The position numbers were made by a program, and so were the translations under genes. The notes beneath the pieces were generated by a model, which saw nothing but the letters and a program-made list of their open reading frames with translations, was not told the origin of the DNA and ran no database searches. A stretch of DNA of 64,000 nt from Octopus sinensis (Eukaryota), in contig NC_042998.1 in assembly GCF_006345805.1 (NCBI RefSeq), positions 41,168,001 through 41,232,000 of the forward strand. Direction: 5' to 3'. Of the stretch, positions 25,446 to 38,010 are shown piece by piece (position 1 is the stretch's first letter; every line of letters starts with the position of its first letter).

Positions 25446-25974
25446 ACATACATACACACAAACACACATCACTTTGTGGCCTATATCCTTTTAACTATAT
25501 GAATTTTACAAATATCTTGTTTGTCTTTTTATGTTTATAGCTGTTCTCATTACCATCTCATACACCATCTGTTTTTTCATATTCATCATAAATTCTCAAA
25601 ATATGTTCAAGCCAAATGTCTTGACTATCTTTTATTCAACATTTTTCCTGTTGGTGTCACTTCTCTCTAACCTTGAATACTTGTACCATCCACATATAGC
25701 TGAGACACCTTATGCTAGACTTGCACAACTTTTATAAATAGAAGCTTGAAAACTTCCTCCAATGGAGACATGACAGCCCAGTCCTTTTACAATACTAGAA
25801 CATGTTTAAATATAAAAGAAATAGTTTTGCACTACACACCACATCAAATGAATGATACATTGCTAAAACAAAGTTGCTGCAAATGCTTAGTAATATCTAA
25901 TCTCTGGTAGTGGCCTCATGTCTTTAATATTATCAGTACTGGTTTACAAAGACTACATATAATTTTCAAGGCCT

Positions 25975-26290
25975 GAAATGATTTCGCGCCTGATCAGTTG
26001 GTAACTGCCATGCCTCGCCAACATTGCAAAAATGATTTCCCCATTTTGGAGTACTGCTCAGATATCTGGGTAGTCACCACTGCTATGTATACAATACACC
26101 CTAGCTCCCTCCTAACCATCGCCACTACCACCATCAAATCCTGTTTGATTGATGAAGTCTCAGCCACCAACACGCTACAACCACTATGATACAAGCTGCT
26201 GCTTTTCTTTGCCTCTTCTAGTGCTATGAAAATAGCTATTGTTCTCCTAAATGTAACTAGATTCACTTGCTCCTCTCATCATCTTTAAAA
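25975..26290 (+). mobile_element. Decayed CR1/Zenon-like LINE C-terminal fragment
   Basis: PILEYCSDIW...IKSCLIDEVSATNTLQPL resembles the post-RT P.LEYC..IW...LQPL..RR region. Confidence 0.6.
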
Positions 26291-29200
26291 TGTCTTTATC
26301 TACAATAGACTAAACTAAACATGTGGCATAATTTTCCTCTTCAAATATGCATCTTAGACTTGTATGTTTGACAAATGTTATTTTTTTTCCCCCTCACAAA
26401 TCCTTGATTGCACTAATTTTTTGCAAGTTAATTTGAGCTGATAAAATTATTTTATTAAGGTAATTAAAATTAAGTTAATAAAAGCAGTAAATGTATGTTT
26501 TTTGTTTTTTTTTAATCTATCATGACTCTACCATGATGCATTTGTACTTAATTTGTTCATATGTATACTTTTACTCTCTGCTAAGTCATTTTAGTTATAA
26601 TCTTACAGTTGTCCTTTTATTTTTGTTCTGAAAACAGGAATAAAATAAACATTGAATTAAAAGAAAGCTCTCGTAAAAATTCCAATGGAGCTTGTAAAAT
26701 TATGTTGTTACTCTTTAGCCTCATATAAGCTCTGATCAAGCAAGCCTATGATCAAAAGTATTTCACTCAGGGCTGTTCTGTCTTTTTTGTTGCATGTTTT
26801 CTTCCATTTTTAAAACAATAGATAAAGGACTGATTTGATTGCTATTTCTAGCAAACCAAGTAACTCCATAAAAGCTTTCTCGTAGCTTGTGTAAAATAAT
26901 ATTATTTTATTGGTCATTTGCATTAAATATCTCTTCAACAGAATATAAAAAAATATTAAACATCTCCTTAATAGAATATAAAATAGTAGTTTGCACAGGT
27001 GTATTATCTAAATATTTCCACGTATTTGATGTTTGTTGTATTGTTGTGCTAAGACAATAGAACTGAATTGAATCATCTTGGTAATAATTTTAAAAATGCG
27101 AGATTTACAGTTAAACTTTTCACTTGAATACTGTAAATACACTATCATTGGAATCATTGACATTTTCTTTGTTAATTGAATATTGCATCAATGAGGTAAA
27201 TCCTATCTTTTATTTTTATTATTTCATGTAACGTTTCTCTTAGTGGCTTTTACTAACACTTACTTCTAGCTACAAAGTTGTACTCATTTAACCTATTTGA
27301 AATGTTGCCAACCATCTTGTTTCCTTCAAACAGTTCTGTGTAATAAAACAATATTTTGCTATTAGATCTGAACAGTAAAATATAAATAGCAACAACAGCT
27401 GTCCATTGTTTTGTAATTGAAGCAAGCTAGCTAAAGGAGTTATCTTTTGTTTACTGTAAATAAGTTATGATTTGTAAAAGCTGTCCTTGATGAAGTGTAT
27501 GGTAATTATCATTATTTAATAAATAGAAATTATAAACATCTTGTCACACAATCAATGATTTAAAATGGAATGCATATTTTAATAACAATAGGAGAAATTA
27601 CATCTTGACTTTTCAAAATATAGTTATCATTTCCTAATCTATTATTCTCCGGGAATTTAATTTGAAGATCTAACAATATAACTGGATTATGTAAATCATT
27701 ACTTTAATAGGGAATATAAATATGTATTTAATATCAAAGAGCTGAAAATATAACACCATTTTTCTGACGAATATTTTGCATGACCCCAGTAAAAAATTTG
27801 GACATCATTTGTGTAATTGTCATTGATTGTTGGGGAATATACCACATAGAAAGTATCACATTGAAAGTTTAAATATGTAGGCTCTAATCAGAAATCTATT
27901 TAATAAATAGATTATTCCTCGACTTTTATAATTTTTTTGTCTTGTAATAAAGAATTGCTAATTTATAAAGTTTCATTTCTAAGGATTTAATACTGGTACA
28001 TATACATTTTTTATAATTTCAGAAAGTTGTTTGATTTATAACATAGTACAAATGTGAAAGTTTGATCTCTCTAACTGAGTAGTTCAGTATGCAAACATGT
28101 GGTGCTGAATTGTGATCCTGCTGCATAGCATCTTCTACTATGGCCCTTATGAGTAAAATTTGTCAAATGGAAGCTGTACATCAGTTTGCAGGATACATAT
28201 GCACATGCTCACACATTCATCTTCAAGTGGCTGCAATTAAGATGTGCTTTACAATGCTATGATAGGAATCCCTTTAACTTTGGTAATTCACATCTCTCAT
28301 GAGTTGGTGTGTATACCATCAAACCTGTTTTAAAATTCCCTTAGGTTTCTGCTCCATAAAAAGAAATTCTGTCTTCACATCATAGAGAAGGCCAGCCTTG
28401 TTGACTTTGAAATAAGTTGAATATCGCTCTCTCTCTCCAATTATCATCCTTTTAATGTTCACTTTTCAACACTGGCTTGGAACAGACAAAACTTATTGAG
28501 CAGTTTTCCGATGGTTGGATACTCCTCCAGTCACATGTTCCCATTCTCTACAATCTGTTGAACAGGCCAATAGCCAGGCATGATTTGCTGCAGAAGGAAA
28601 GCAAAAGCATTGTATAATAGATGGTAACATATTGTTTTTATGCAGTACACATATGCCATTAAGGCAATGAGAAGAGAAAAACACATGCACACCTTTCTGT
28701 GTGCATGTTTTTCTCACACACAACACCTGTATCCAATTTCTACCAACCAGTTTCATCATGAGTCATTTGTCTCTGAACTCAAAACCACACCAGTGCAATG
28801 GAAACTTCTTAACCACACAGCCATGCATGTGCATGCGTGTGTGTGTGTGTGTGTGTGTGTAAAAATATGTCACATCCACTTCTCCTCCAGTCTTATTGCT
28901 CTTACTGTACTCTCCCCATAGCTGTTCTTGCTTCTCAACACCTATCCTCAATCCTTTCTTCCTTTCTCCTGTCCCTTATACATCCTCTTTATGTACATAA
29001 TGTATACTCTGTTACTCTCTTCACTAGTGCTCTCTCACAACTAGAAATCGGTTTCTTTAATCATACTTCAGCCTCTCTTGTTATCTTATCTAGAATCATT
29101 GTTTTCTCTCTCTTATTCTTTCATTCATAGAAACCCTTTATGTTCTTTAGTCTTGCAAACTACATGGCAACATCACTAGTTCTGGTACCATAAAAAAATC

Positions 29201-29639
29201 ACCAATTACACTCCATAAAGTGGTTGGCATTAGAAAGTGCTGCCAGCCATAGAAACCATGTCAAAACAGACACTAGAGTATAGCATGTTCCTCCACCTTG
29301 TTGAATTCTTGTCAGGCTATCCCACCCTTGCCAGCATTGGATAATAGATGAGAAATGATCACACATGCACACACGTAAAAATACATAGAAATTACAGAAA
29401 AAAACTGAAAGTACATAAAACAGTAGCAAACACACATATGTATATGCTACCTTAGGTGATTGCAGCAAGAAGGTGGTAGAGAAGGAAGGAGAATGATGGA
29501 TAGTGGTGGTGGTGGTGGATGACATTGATAAGAGTGAGTGATGGACATCAATAGCAAATGTCGCAAGAGAAAGAGTGTGATGACTGATAGCACAGAGAGA
29601 GTGAGTATAGTGTATCCAGTAACTATCCTTTTGCATGAA

Positions 29640-30960
29640 GCACGTTATGTAATCTTCAATACAGTATCTCACCACTAGTTGAAATCACTTGTTTTCTGCG
29701 TTCATAGGATCAGCCTCCTCAAATCTGCTTTCACCACTCCTTTCCATGTCTTTTTTTTTATCTTCTCTTTCAAGTTGCTTCCTCTTCTTTACGCATCTTT
29801 CATTCTCTATAAATGTAACACATGCTCATGGTAGCTAAGTCTTCAATGTTGTACACTGTATCTGATTCATCGTATATACAGAGTTTCTTCTCAACTCGTT
29901 TTGTACTCCGTTGCTCAAGCACACTAATACACAACAAGCAGAGCATGCAGACTAACTTTCATTTAAAGAAAGAAATCTTTTGTGGCCAGCAGAGACAATA
30001 GCCTCCAAACTTTTTCCTCCTCATTAATACTCTAGTTATTATACCTTCAGTGCAACTATCTGCACTGTAAATTTGATTTTGTAGGTTATAGAAGCTATCA
30101 ACTACTTCAAGGGTATCTTCTGGGCATTTGAAGTTTTTGAGTGCTCTCATTACTAATAACAGATGAAGTCTTCCTTTACTGTGATCCCACTACATCTCTT
30201 TTACACCCATAGTTTACATTAAATATACAATATCAAATTCCTACCTACTCTTTTCTTTCATATCAGGCATAGCCACTTCCTGAATGTCATAGTCCTGTAT
30301 TCTTTCTTACTAAGATGTTTTGCTTTTCCTAGTTTAGTTTCAGGTCTCTGAATTCTTTGGTCTACTATTAATCTTTACCTTTAATTGATTTACCTATGAG
30401 AGCTATGTCATCCGCACAGAGAAATTCCTTCCAGCAGTCATTCTTTAGCTCCTTTGTTACGAGAACTATGTTAAATTCTATACTAAATTCTTGCTAACTT
30501 TCACCTTACAAATAACACCCCTGTACATGGCTTCCATGATACTCATATGCTATTCATCTTCATCTATTTTTGTTAATGAACACTTGGTATAGTGGCTTGT
30601 ACATTGCTGAGAACTTCTGTTTTGTTTTACTAGGAAGAGGGCATCAGTGGTACTTTGTCCTGGTACAAATCCAAATTGTATTATTCTGATTCTCTTTGTA
30701 ATTAATTGTGCTATTACTCTTCCTGTTATTTTCATATCTTGCTCCATCAATTTGATGCTTCTTCAGATGCTCTTTTCTTTTGCCCTTGTAGCATTAAATT
30801 ATGATACTTATATGCCAATCATTGTTGATGTACTGTCTGACTGACAGTTTCAATGCTTAATGGATGACCTACTTCACAAGCTATTTTCGGCACGAGTAAC
30901 AACCCCTGTTGGTCTTGTTACATTCTCTGTCTTATATTGTTTATGAATTTGTAGACTCTA
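29640..30960 (-). mobile_element. Decayed RTE-clade LINE RT fragment
   Basis: ORF track peptides MKITGRVIAQLITKRIRIIQFGFVPGQSTTDALFLVKQ and KCPEDTLEVVDSFYNL...ITRVLMRRKKF resemble RTE RT motifs QFGF.PG.STTDAIF and LEVVD.F.YLG...R...AW.KF. Confidence 0.85.
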
Positions 30961-33900
30961 TATCTGTCAACAGCTTTCCATAATAGTGTCTCTATACCTC
31001 TTGATATCAATGAGGACTAGTGGACCGCTATCATTTTCTAATGTCTGTATGTGTGTTTATATATCATTGCTATTATGCAAAAGTGTCATGAATCCAAAAC
31101 ATTACTTTTTCAGAAAACAAAAAAATAGTTTCACCATTCCATTTCTTTTTACATTAGCAACAGTTTGTTTGACAATGATACTTTGTTGGGTGCATAAAAT
31201 CATAACTCCATGCATGTATATTTTTAGTCAGAAATATTTTTGCAAAATTGTCATATTAGGGACTTACTACACTTTTGAAAAATGCTAAATCATTGTACTA
31301 AACTTTGACAATTTTCATATCTTGGCATTTGAAGCAGCTGGAGATATGATAGTTTGACCTGACCAAAAGAACCAGCTATTGCAAGCTAGATTAAGTATTG
31401 GGGGAGGGGATGCATTTGGACATATGACAGTTTAACATAATAGCAATGATATATATTTGTGTATGAATTTATCTGGAATGGCAGTACTGGTGTTGTTTCC
31501 CTTCACACTTGGTTGACACTGCCTGTTGTGCTCTTTTAAGGTTGATAAAACATGTACCTGAAAAAGTACTTGCATCAATATAATCAGCTTTAACTAAGTT
31601 GGATGGCTGAAAACTGTAACAGTATATATTCTGATAACTAAATTGTATAATCCACCAAGTGTTCTCTTCAGTTTTTTTCCTCTCATATTCATGACTTGTC
31701 TGGAAATTTCTTAAGTACTTCTCTATAATATAGTTCTTGCTATAAAGTTAATGTTGAACTTATTACAAAAAAAGAAAAGGGACAAAAAAGGTTTACTTGT
31801 AATTTGGCTCAGCTTCAGTAAGTAGGTTAATTGTAAGGATTTTGACATTCCATTCACATTAAGATAATGGCAGTAAAGTAATATGTGGAATGAATGTTTA
31901 TAAGTAGATGAATTAGAGTAGTAATTAAATGTTACACAAACTGCAAATCAACTATAATGTTATATACATTTTTGATAGTATCTGAAAGATTGAACTTAAC
32001 AGCCTGGATTGACCAGATCATTAAGTGTATGAACTTAGATATTTTCTTCTTTGCTGATGAAAAAAATGATTTATTATACACATGAGCCAAAAGTATGATT
32101 TTTTTTTTCCTGTAAAGTATAGGCGTTCTAGACAGGGGACATAGAATGACTGATGGCATTTTATTGGGTGTCTATTTGAAATTTACAAGACTACAAGTGT
32201 GTTTACAGAAAACAGGTATTAGAGGATTTATATGCTGCATACAAGAGACAGTGTGTTGATATGAATATGTAATTGAAGTAGAGAATAAATGTTAGATAGA
32301 AAAATATCCTTGTTGTCATCTATAGATTTAAAATCTAAATGATGATGGATTAAGCTAGAGACATATTTTTACTTTTCAAAAGTTTGCTAAATACCAGTGA
32401 AGGCAAATGAAGGACAAATAATCCTGCCTTAAATACTTAGTCAAATACTGGAACATGGTTGCATACTGTTTATTTATTTATTGGAAGGTGGGGGTCAGTT
32501 TGCTTCAGCTTATTTGATAATTCAGTCATGAAACAAATATGAATATATCATACTACTGAACATGATCTATTAGTTCCTTCCTTTATTCTTTATAAAATGG
32601 TAAGCTTGCTCTGATCCAATCATTGTCAGTTTTATTTTAGAAGCAAGTCAGCAGAAGACTAGGTTTCATTGAACATCGCAAAAATTCTTGTTGAATTTTA
32701 ATTAGACTTAGTGAGGAAAAATGAAATTGTAATATACAATAAAAATAAGTCTTTATAATATTCTAACATATCTATCTTGGAACACTCTCTCTCCATCTTT
32801 CTTGACCTCCTGTCACCCATTCATATATCTAATTCCAAATTCATGATAGAATAGGACATTTCTTAGACATTTGTTTATTGTTTGTGAGTAAATGTCTGAT
32901 ATGTTTGCAGACAAACCAATTTAAAATTTTGTGAATGTTTCCAACAAAATATGAGTAAAAGTATAGCAAAACACCTTTACCTTTAATGAAGGTGTTTAAG
33001 TTAACTGAAGTATAATTGATATGTAATTCTTTATTGTAATTTAGTGTTTGGTGTAAATATCCTTTAAAGTAATGAACTATGCTGAATGATTTTATTGAAG
33101 GCCTAAGGAAAGAACTGTAAGAAACAGTTTATGGGTACATTTGATTGTAGGATGTAAAGATAAATGCAGAGTTAAGAAGAAAAAAAAGGTAAAATGGTTA
33201 TAAAGGAAAGACAACAACAAAAGTGAACTTTTTGTGAATATGTATTGTTAGATGTACAGGAAATGTTGGTTAATATTTGTGTTTGTAGGGGCTGTGAGCT
33301 GGGAGAATCATTAGCATGCTGGGCAAAATGCTTAGTGGCATTTTGTCTGTCTTTATGTTCTGAATTCAAATGCTGCCAAAGTCAACTTCGCCTTTCATCC
33401 TTGATAAAATATGTACCAGTGTTGAGCACTGGACTCAATATAACAAACTTTCCCCCTCTCCTAAAATACTGTGCTAAAGTTTGAAACCAATATTTGTCTT
33501 TGTAGATTTGGAAACATGTGATGCAAGAAAAATTAGTATTTAGAAAAAAATTGGGAGTAAGCTTTGTTAGTCATGAAACTCTCCTTTGCATGCTTCTATT
33601 GTAAGATGATTGGTATGAAGGAACCATTTGTCTAATTAACAGATCGTTTGTACTGCTATTTTGTCATTTGTGTTTTGGTTGTGAGATGTAGTATGATTGT
33701 TTGAGTTACTTAGATACAATATTTCATTGATTTTGTTATGAATACTGGTCAACTAGAAAATGTGGAATCAGTATCTTAGACTTGTCAGAATTTATTAAAG
33801 AGAACTGATAACATAGTGATTTGAACATACAAACTGGATTGCTATAATTATTACTTATGGTATTTTGAATTTTCTGGTTTAATGAAAGTTATACTAAAAT

Positions 33901-36617
33901 GTTGATATAATGTTCTGACATAGATTGCTGATATGTCTTTGTATTGAACTTTGATTGATTATGAAGTTAAAATGATGCTGTGATGTAGAGTTGACTGTGG
34001 CACTTGTTATTGCACATTTAGGATATAATTGAGGAAAATGTTATGATATACATGTTGAGATTAAAGATGTGAAATTGATAAGCCAGATTCTTTTGAGAAA
34101 CTGTAATTTTAGGATGTCTTATTGATAAGTCATGATCCATTTGTTCTTCATTTTATTCTCTAAAACAGTTCACTTGCTCTCATCTAATCCTTATCTAGTC
34201 TATTTTAAAAGCTTGTCAAAAGGTTTAATGTCCTTAGAAGTACTTGACCAGCCATTGTTGTCGCTCAGGGAATTGTAGAGCAGTAAGAAATTATTGAAAG
34301 CTAAACTTAATGGACTTCAAGCAGTTAGAGTGTGTGTGTGTACATGAGAGAAGGAAGGAGAATATTTCTGTGTTAACTTATGCATATTGTTATGTATTCG
34401 TTTGTAGTTAGTTAAGATTGCAGTTCATTAGAAACATGGAACACAACAATACCTTCTAGAGAATGAGCAAAGCATTTTGAATAGACAGTCTTTAATACAA
34501 TTTCCTTATAACAATCATATGACTAGCAGAATTTTAGTTCTGATGGCTTTTGCAATTACCTATAAATTCTTTCTTTCTCAAAGGTTTATTTTCCTGCTTG
34601 TTTTATTCTGCAAGCTTAATTAGGAATGGCAAAATATTGTTTCCTTGCATTCATTTCTTCATAATTAATTAACACATTTTCCCAGACAAAGCCTATGTAC
34701 GGAATGTTCCATTTTTGTTAACAGCATTTCGTTTTTTACCTTCTTCCTAGTTTATCAGTATTAATTGTGAATTAAGAGTATGAATTGCTTGCCAAAGAAA
34801 AGAGAATTGATAAATTCATACCATTAGTAATTTCATTAGTCTTTTTTTCATCCTAAAAGTAATTGTCATTTAAACACCTGATATAGCTGAATCAATATTG
34901 TTAACAAGTAGTTTTATCAGATCTGATAAGTTTGAAACAATTACATACAGCTTGGATTTTTTTCTCCATTATATTTCTATATATATTGGGTTTTCCATCA
35001 AAGCAAATATTAGCTTTGGGTGTGTATCTACTGTGTAACCTTGATAATGCTATGAGATATAGACTTTGTATAAGTTTATGTATATGCATCTGTGTGTGTT
35101 GCTTTTTTTCCTTTATTTAATGAAGAAATCTGTTTGTTTTTTTTGCCAAGTTAATTTTTTTTCTTTATCATTTTTTTTTAAACATTTAAATGTGTATATC
35201 TAAAAAAAGAAAATTAAAACAACTACATAGTGTCTATTTTTTTGTGTGGAAATTATTTGATTATATGGAATTTGAACAATGAGTTTCGTGATTGCTGGCA
35301 TTATGAAATTAAAACTTTCTTCTTTTTTTTATGTAGTACATCAATGCTTTTACATTTACATTTTTGGTTTGTATCTATCAGTAGGTTTTCCTAATTTTTC
35401 TCAAATATTTATATGAATATTGCCTTTACTGGCTTCTGAAACCTATTTCAACAAGTATATCCTGTATGGATGACATACAAAATATAAACTCTTTGTCAGT
35501 CATTTCCTAATATAGTATTTGTACTAGTTTAGTGTCTACTGCTTACTTTTGAAAGATACAAACTGATTATAATATTATTTATTTATAGATATTCATTTCT
35601 AAGTGAATTCTTTAAATAGTTTAATAATCATACATTATCATTTTTACTTTAAACACCAAGTATTTCAGAAAAGGTTACCTACCATATACCTGTCGCTTTA
35701 TAAACACTGATTTTAGGCATCACTCTTATTATTTTTAGTTTTATGATTTGTGGAATGATTATCTTAAAATACAGTGCAAGTTTAAATAATCTATTCATCT
35801 AATTAATGGAACAATAACTATTTTCTTTATTATACGCCATACCCATGGATTATTATTATTAATTATAATAATATAATTATAGTAATAATAATGTTCTCAG
35901 CATCCTCATTATCATCACTATAATGAGTTAATCATATGTGGTTCTAAAGCTCTCTTTATTCTTATATCACATTGTAAAGTAAGAAACCAACTGCAACTAT
36001 CTTAGCTAGAAAAACAAGCTTAAGCCGAATGATAAAAAGTATCAGTAGAATTTACTCTAGAGATCTATCAATGGGCACTTTTAGCTAAAAATAGCTTTTC
36101 TTTTCTGATATCATATGTCTGCAAGCAAGAAGTAGTGCATCGTTGATTCAACCACATAAAGTTTTTATGATAATGTATTTTTCTATTTATTTTGCTACTA
36201 GAATAGGTTATATGAAAAGAAACTTTAACATTTTGACTGTATATCATCCTCAAACATTACACATATCTTTCTCATGTTTCTAAATCAAATTGTTTTGTCA
36301 CTTCTGTCTTTCAAGAATTTCTTGATATTATAGATAAACTCCTGCCACAGTATGGGAGAACAGATGTTAAGACTTGATTTATGCTACAAAAATTGCTTTC
36401 TTTTGTAAATATAAATTGTGCATTCTCATTTATGCAACAACCTTAATTGAATGACATCACTTAACTGATTTGCTCATCTTATATCTTCTGATTCATGTTT
36501 AGTTCCCCTTCATTATTTACATAATCTTTCTGTGTTTCCTTTCTTTCTACTCATTTCTCTTAACAATCTAGATTCAAGATAGAGATATGAGATTTTGTGT
36601 ATCTTTGTGTGTGTGAC

Positions 36618-37430
36618 CATCAACATCATTTTCTATCTGCTTTGCCATGCTTGTAAGAATTGGATGGGCTTTCTCCAAGCATAGCACCTCACCATATGTT
36701 CCAAACCCTTGTTGTCATCATGTGTTTCAGCCTTCCAAGATAAGCCTTCACTTCCGTCATATCTTCCTTGTTGTTCCTCTTAAGCATGTTCCTTCCACTA
36801 CATTTGGTACTTCTTTACCTTATACATATCACATGCCTGTACAAACAGTCCTCTTTTGCACACATCTGATTCTTTTTATACTCGGGTTTTTTCTCAACTC
36901 ATTTGTGCTCTGTCATTCTTGTACACTCACATTACACATCTAGCAGAACATGATAACCTTATTTCTTTCCAGCTCTCACCCATCCTCTGCATTCAATACC
37001 TGTATTATGCTGCCATGCAATATCACACCTCATACTCTTCATACACAAACATCATACAGTCTGCATTTCACATGGAGAAAGAATCTTTTGTTGCTAGCAG
37101 AAGTAATATCTCTTGAACTTTTTCCACCCCATTCTTAATCTAGCTACTATGTATTTGGAACACCCACCTTCACTGCCAATTAGGTCACCTGGATAGCAGG
37201 AGCTAGCAACTATTTCTAGGGAGCCATCTAGGCATTTGAAAGAATTTATTTCATGAATGCTCTTATTGCTAAGTTCCCCTGTGCATTTCCTTCTCTATCA
37301 GCCCCACTATATCCTTGTGCACCCATAATTTACATTTGATTTACTGTATGGAATTCCTACCTACTCCCTTTTTTTTTTATTTTTTTTTTACATATTAATC
37401 ATAGCCACTTCCCAGATAACTATAGAGTTC
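36618..37430 (-). mobile_element. Decayed RTE-clade LINE 3' end with tail
   Basis: Minus strand recalls KF.E.L.LLATK..S...K.RLYD.CV...LHGS...MC.VSV...LR.K...I.C..Q.R.L...GHV...G...RG..RKTW.EV. It ends in ccatccaa...caagcatggcaaagcagat...(gat)n. Confidence 0.85.
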
Positions 37431-37629
37431 TATTTTCATGCTTACTAAACTTTTGTCTTTACTAAGTTTACTTAGGAGACAAAGTGTTGCTTTTTTTGTT
37501 TTACAGTTTCTTCTCTAACTCTTAAACAGCTCTGTGAATAATACAGTGGCATACAGGATTTTTCATGTACATTGGCTTCATTAACATTAAAATGCCTTCC
37601 GGCAGTTCTATCGTCACATTCAAATGCAT

Positions 37630-38010
37630 CTCTTTTACTTATTTCAGTCATTCTGACTGTGGCCATGCTGGAGTACTGTCTTTAGTCAAGCAAATTGACC
37701 CCAGGACTTATTCTTTGTAAGCCTAGTACTTATTCTATCGGGTCCTTTCGCTGAACTGCTAAGTTACGGGGACGTAAACACACCAGCATAGGTTGTCAAG
37801 CGATGTTGGGGGACAAACATATACACACTTACACACACATATATACATATATACGACGGGCTTCTTTCAGTTTCCGTCTACCATATCCACTCACAAGGCT
37901 TTGGTCGGCCCTAGGCTATAGTAGAAGACACTTGCCCAAGGTGCCATGCAGTGGGACTGAACCCAGAACCATGTGGTTGGTAAGCAAGCTACTTACCACA
38001 CAGCCACTCC
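37630..38010 (-). mobile_element. Near-intact family A SINE
   Basis: Near-identical organisation and sequence to 12475-12855. Confidence 0.9.

Larger units (their letters stand above)
24207..25958. repeat. Long inverted repeat IR2: arms 24207-24404 and 25761-25958, spacer about 1.36 kb
   Basis: Manual alignment gives 8 substitutions (7 transitions) and no indels in 198 bp. Confidence 0.95.

Noticed and set aside
32200-32280. Helical-looking peptide RKQVLEDLYAAYKRQCVDMN
   Set aside because: Would need a phase-2 entry, which is incompatible with the phase-0 upstream exon; weak donor.
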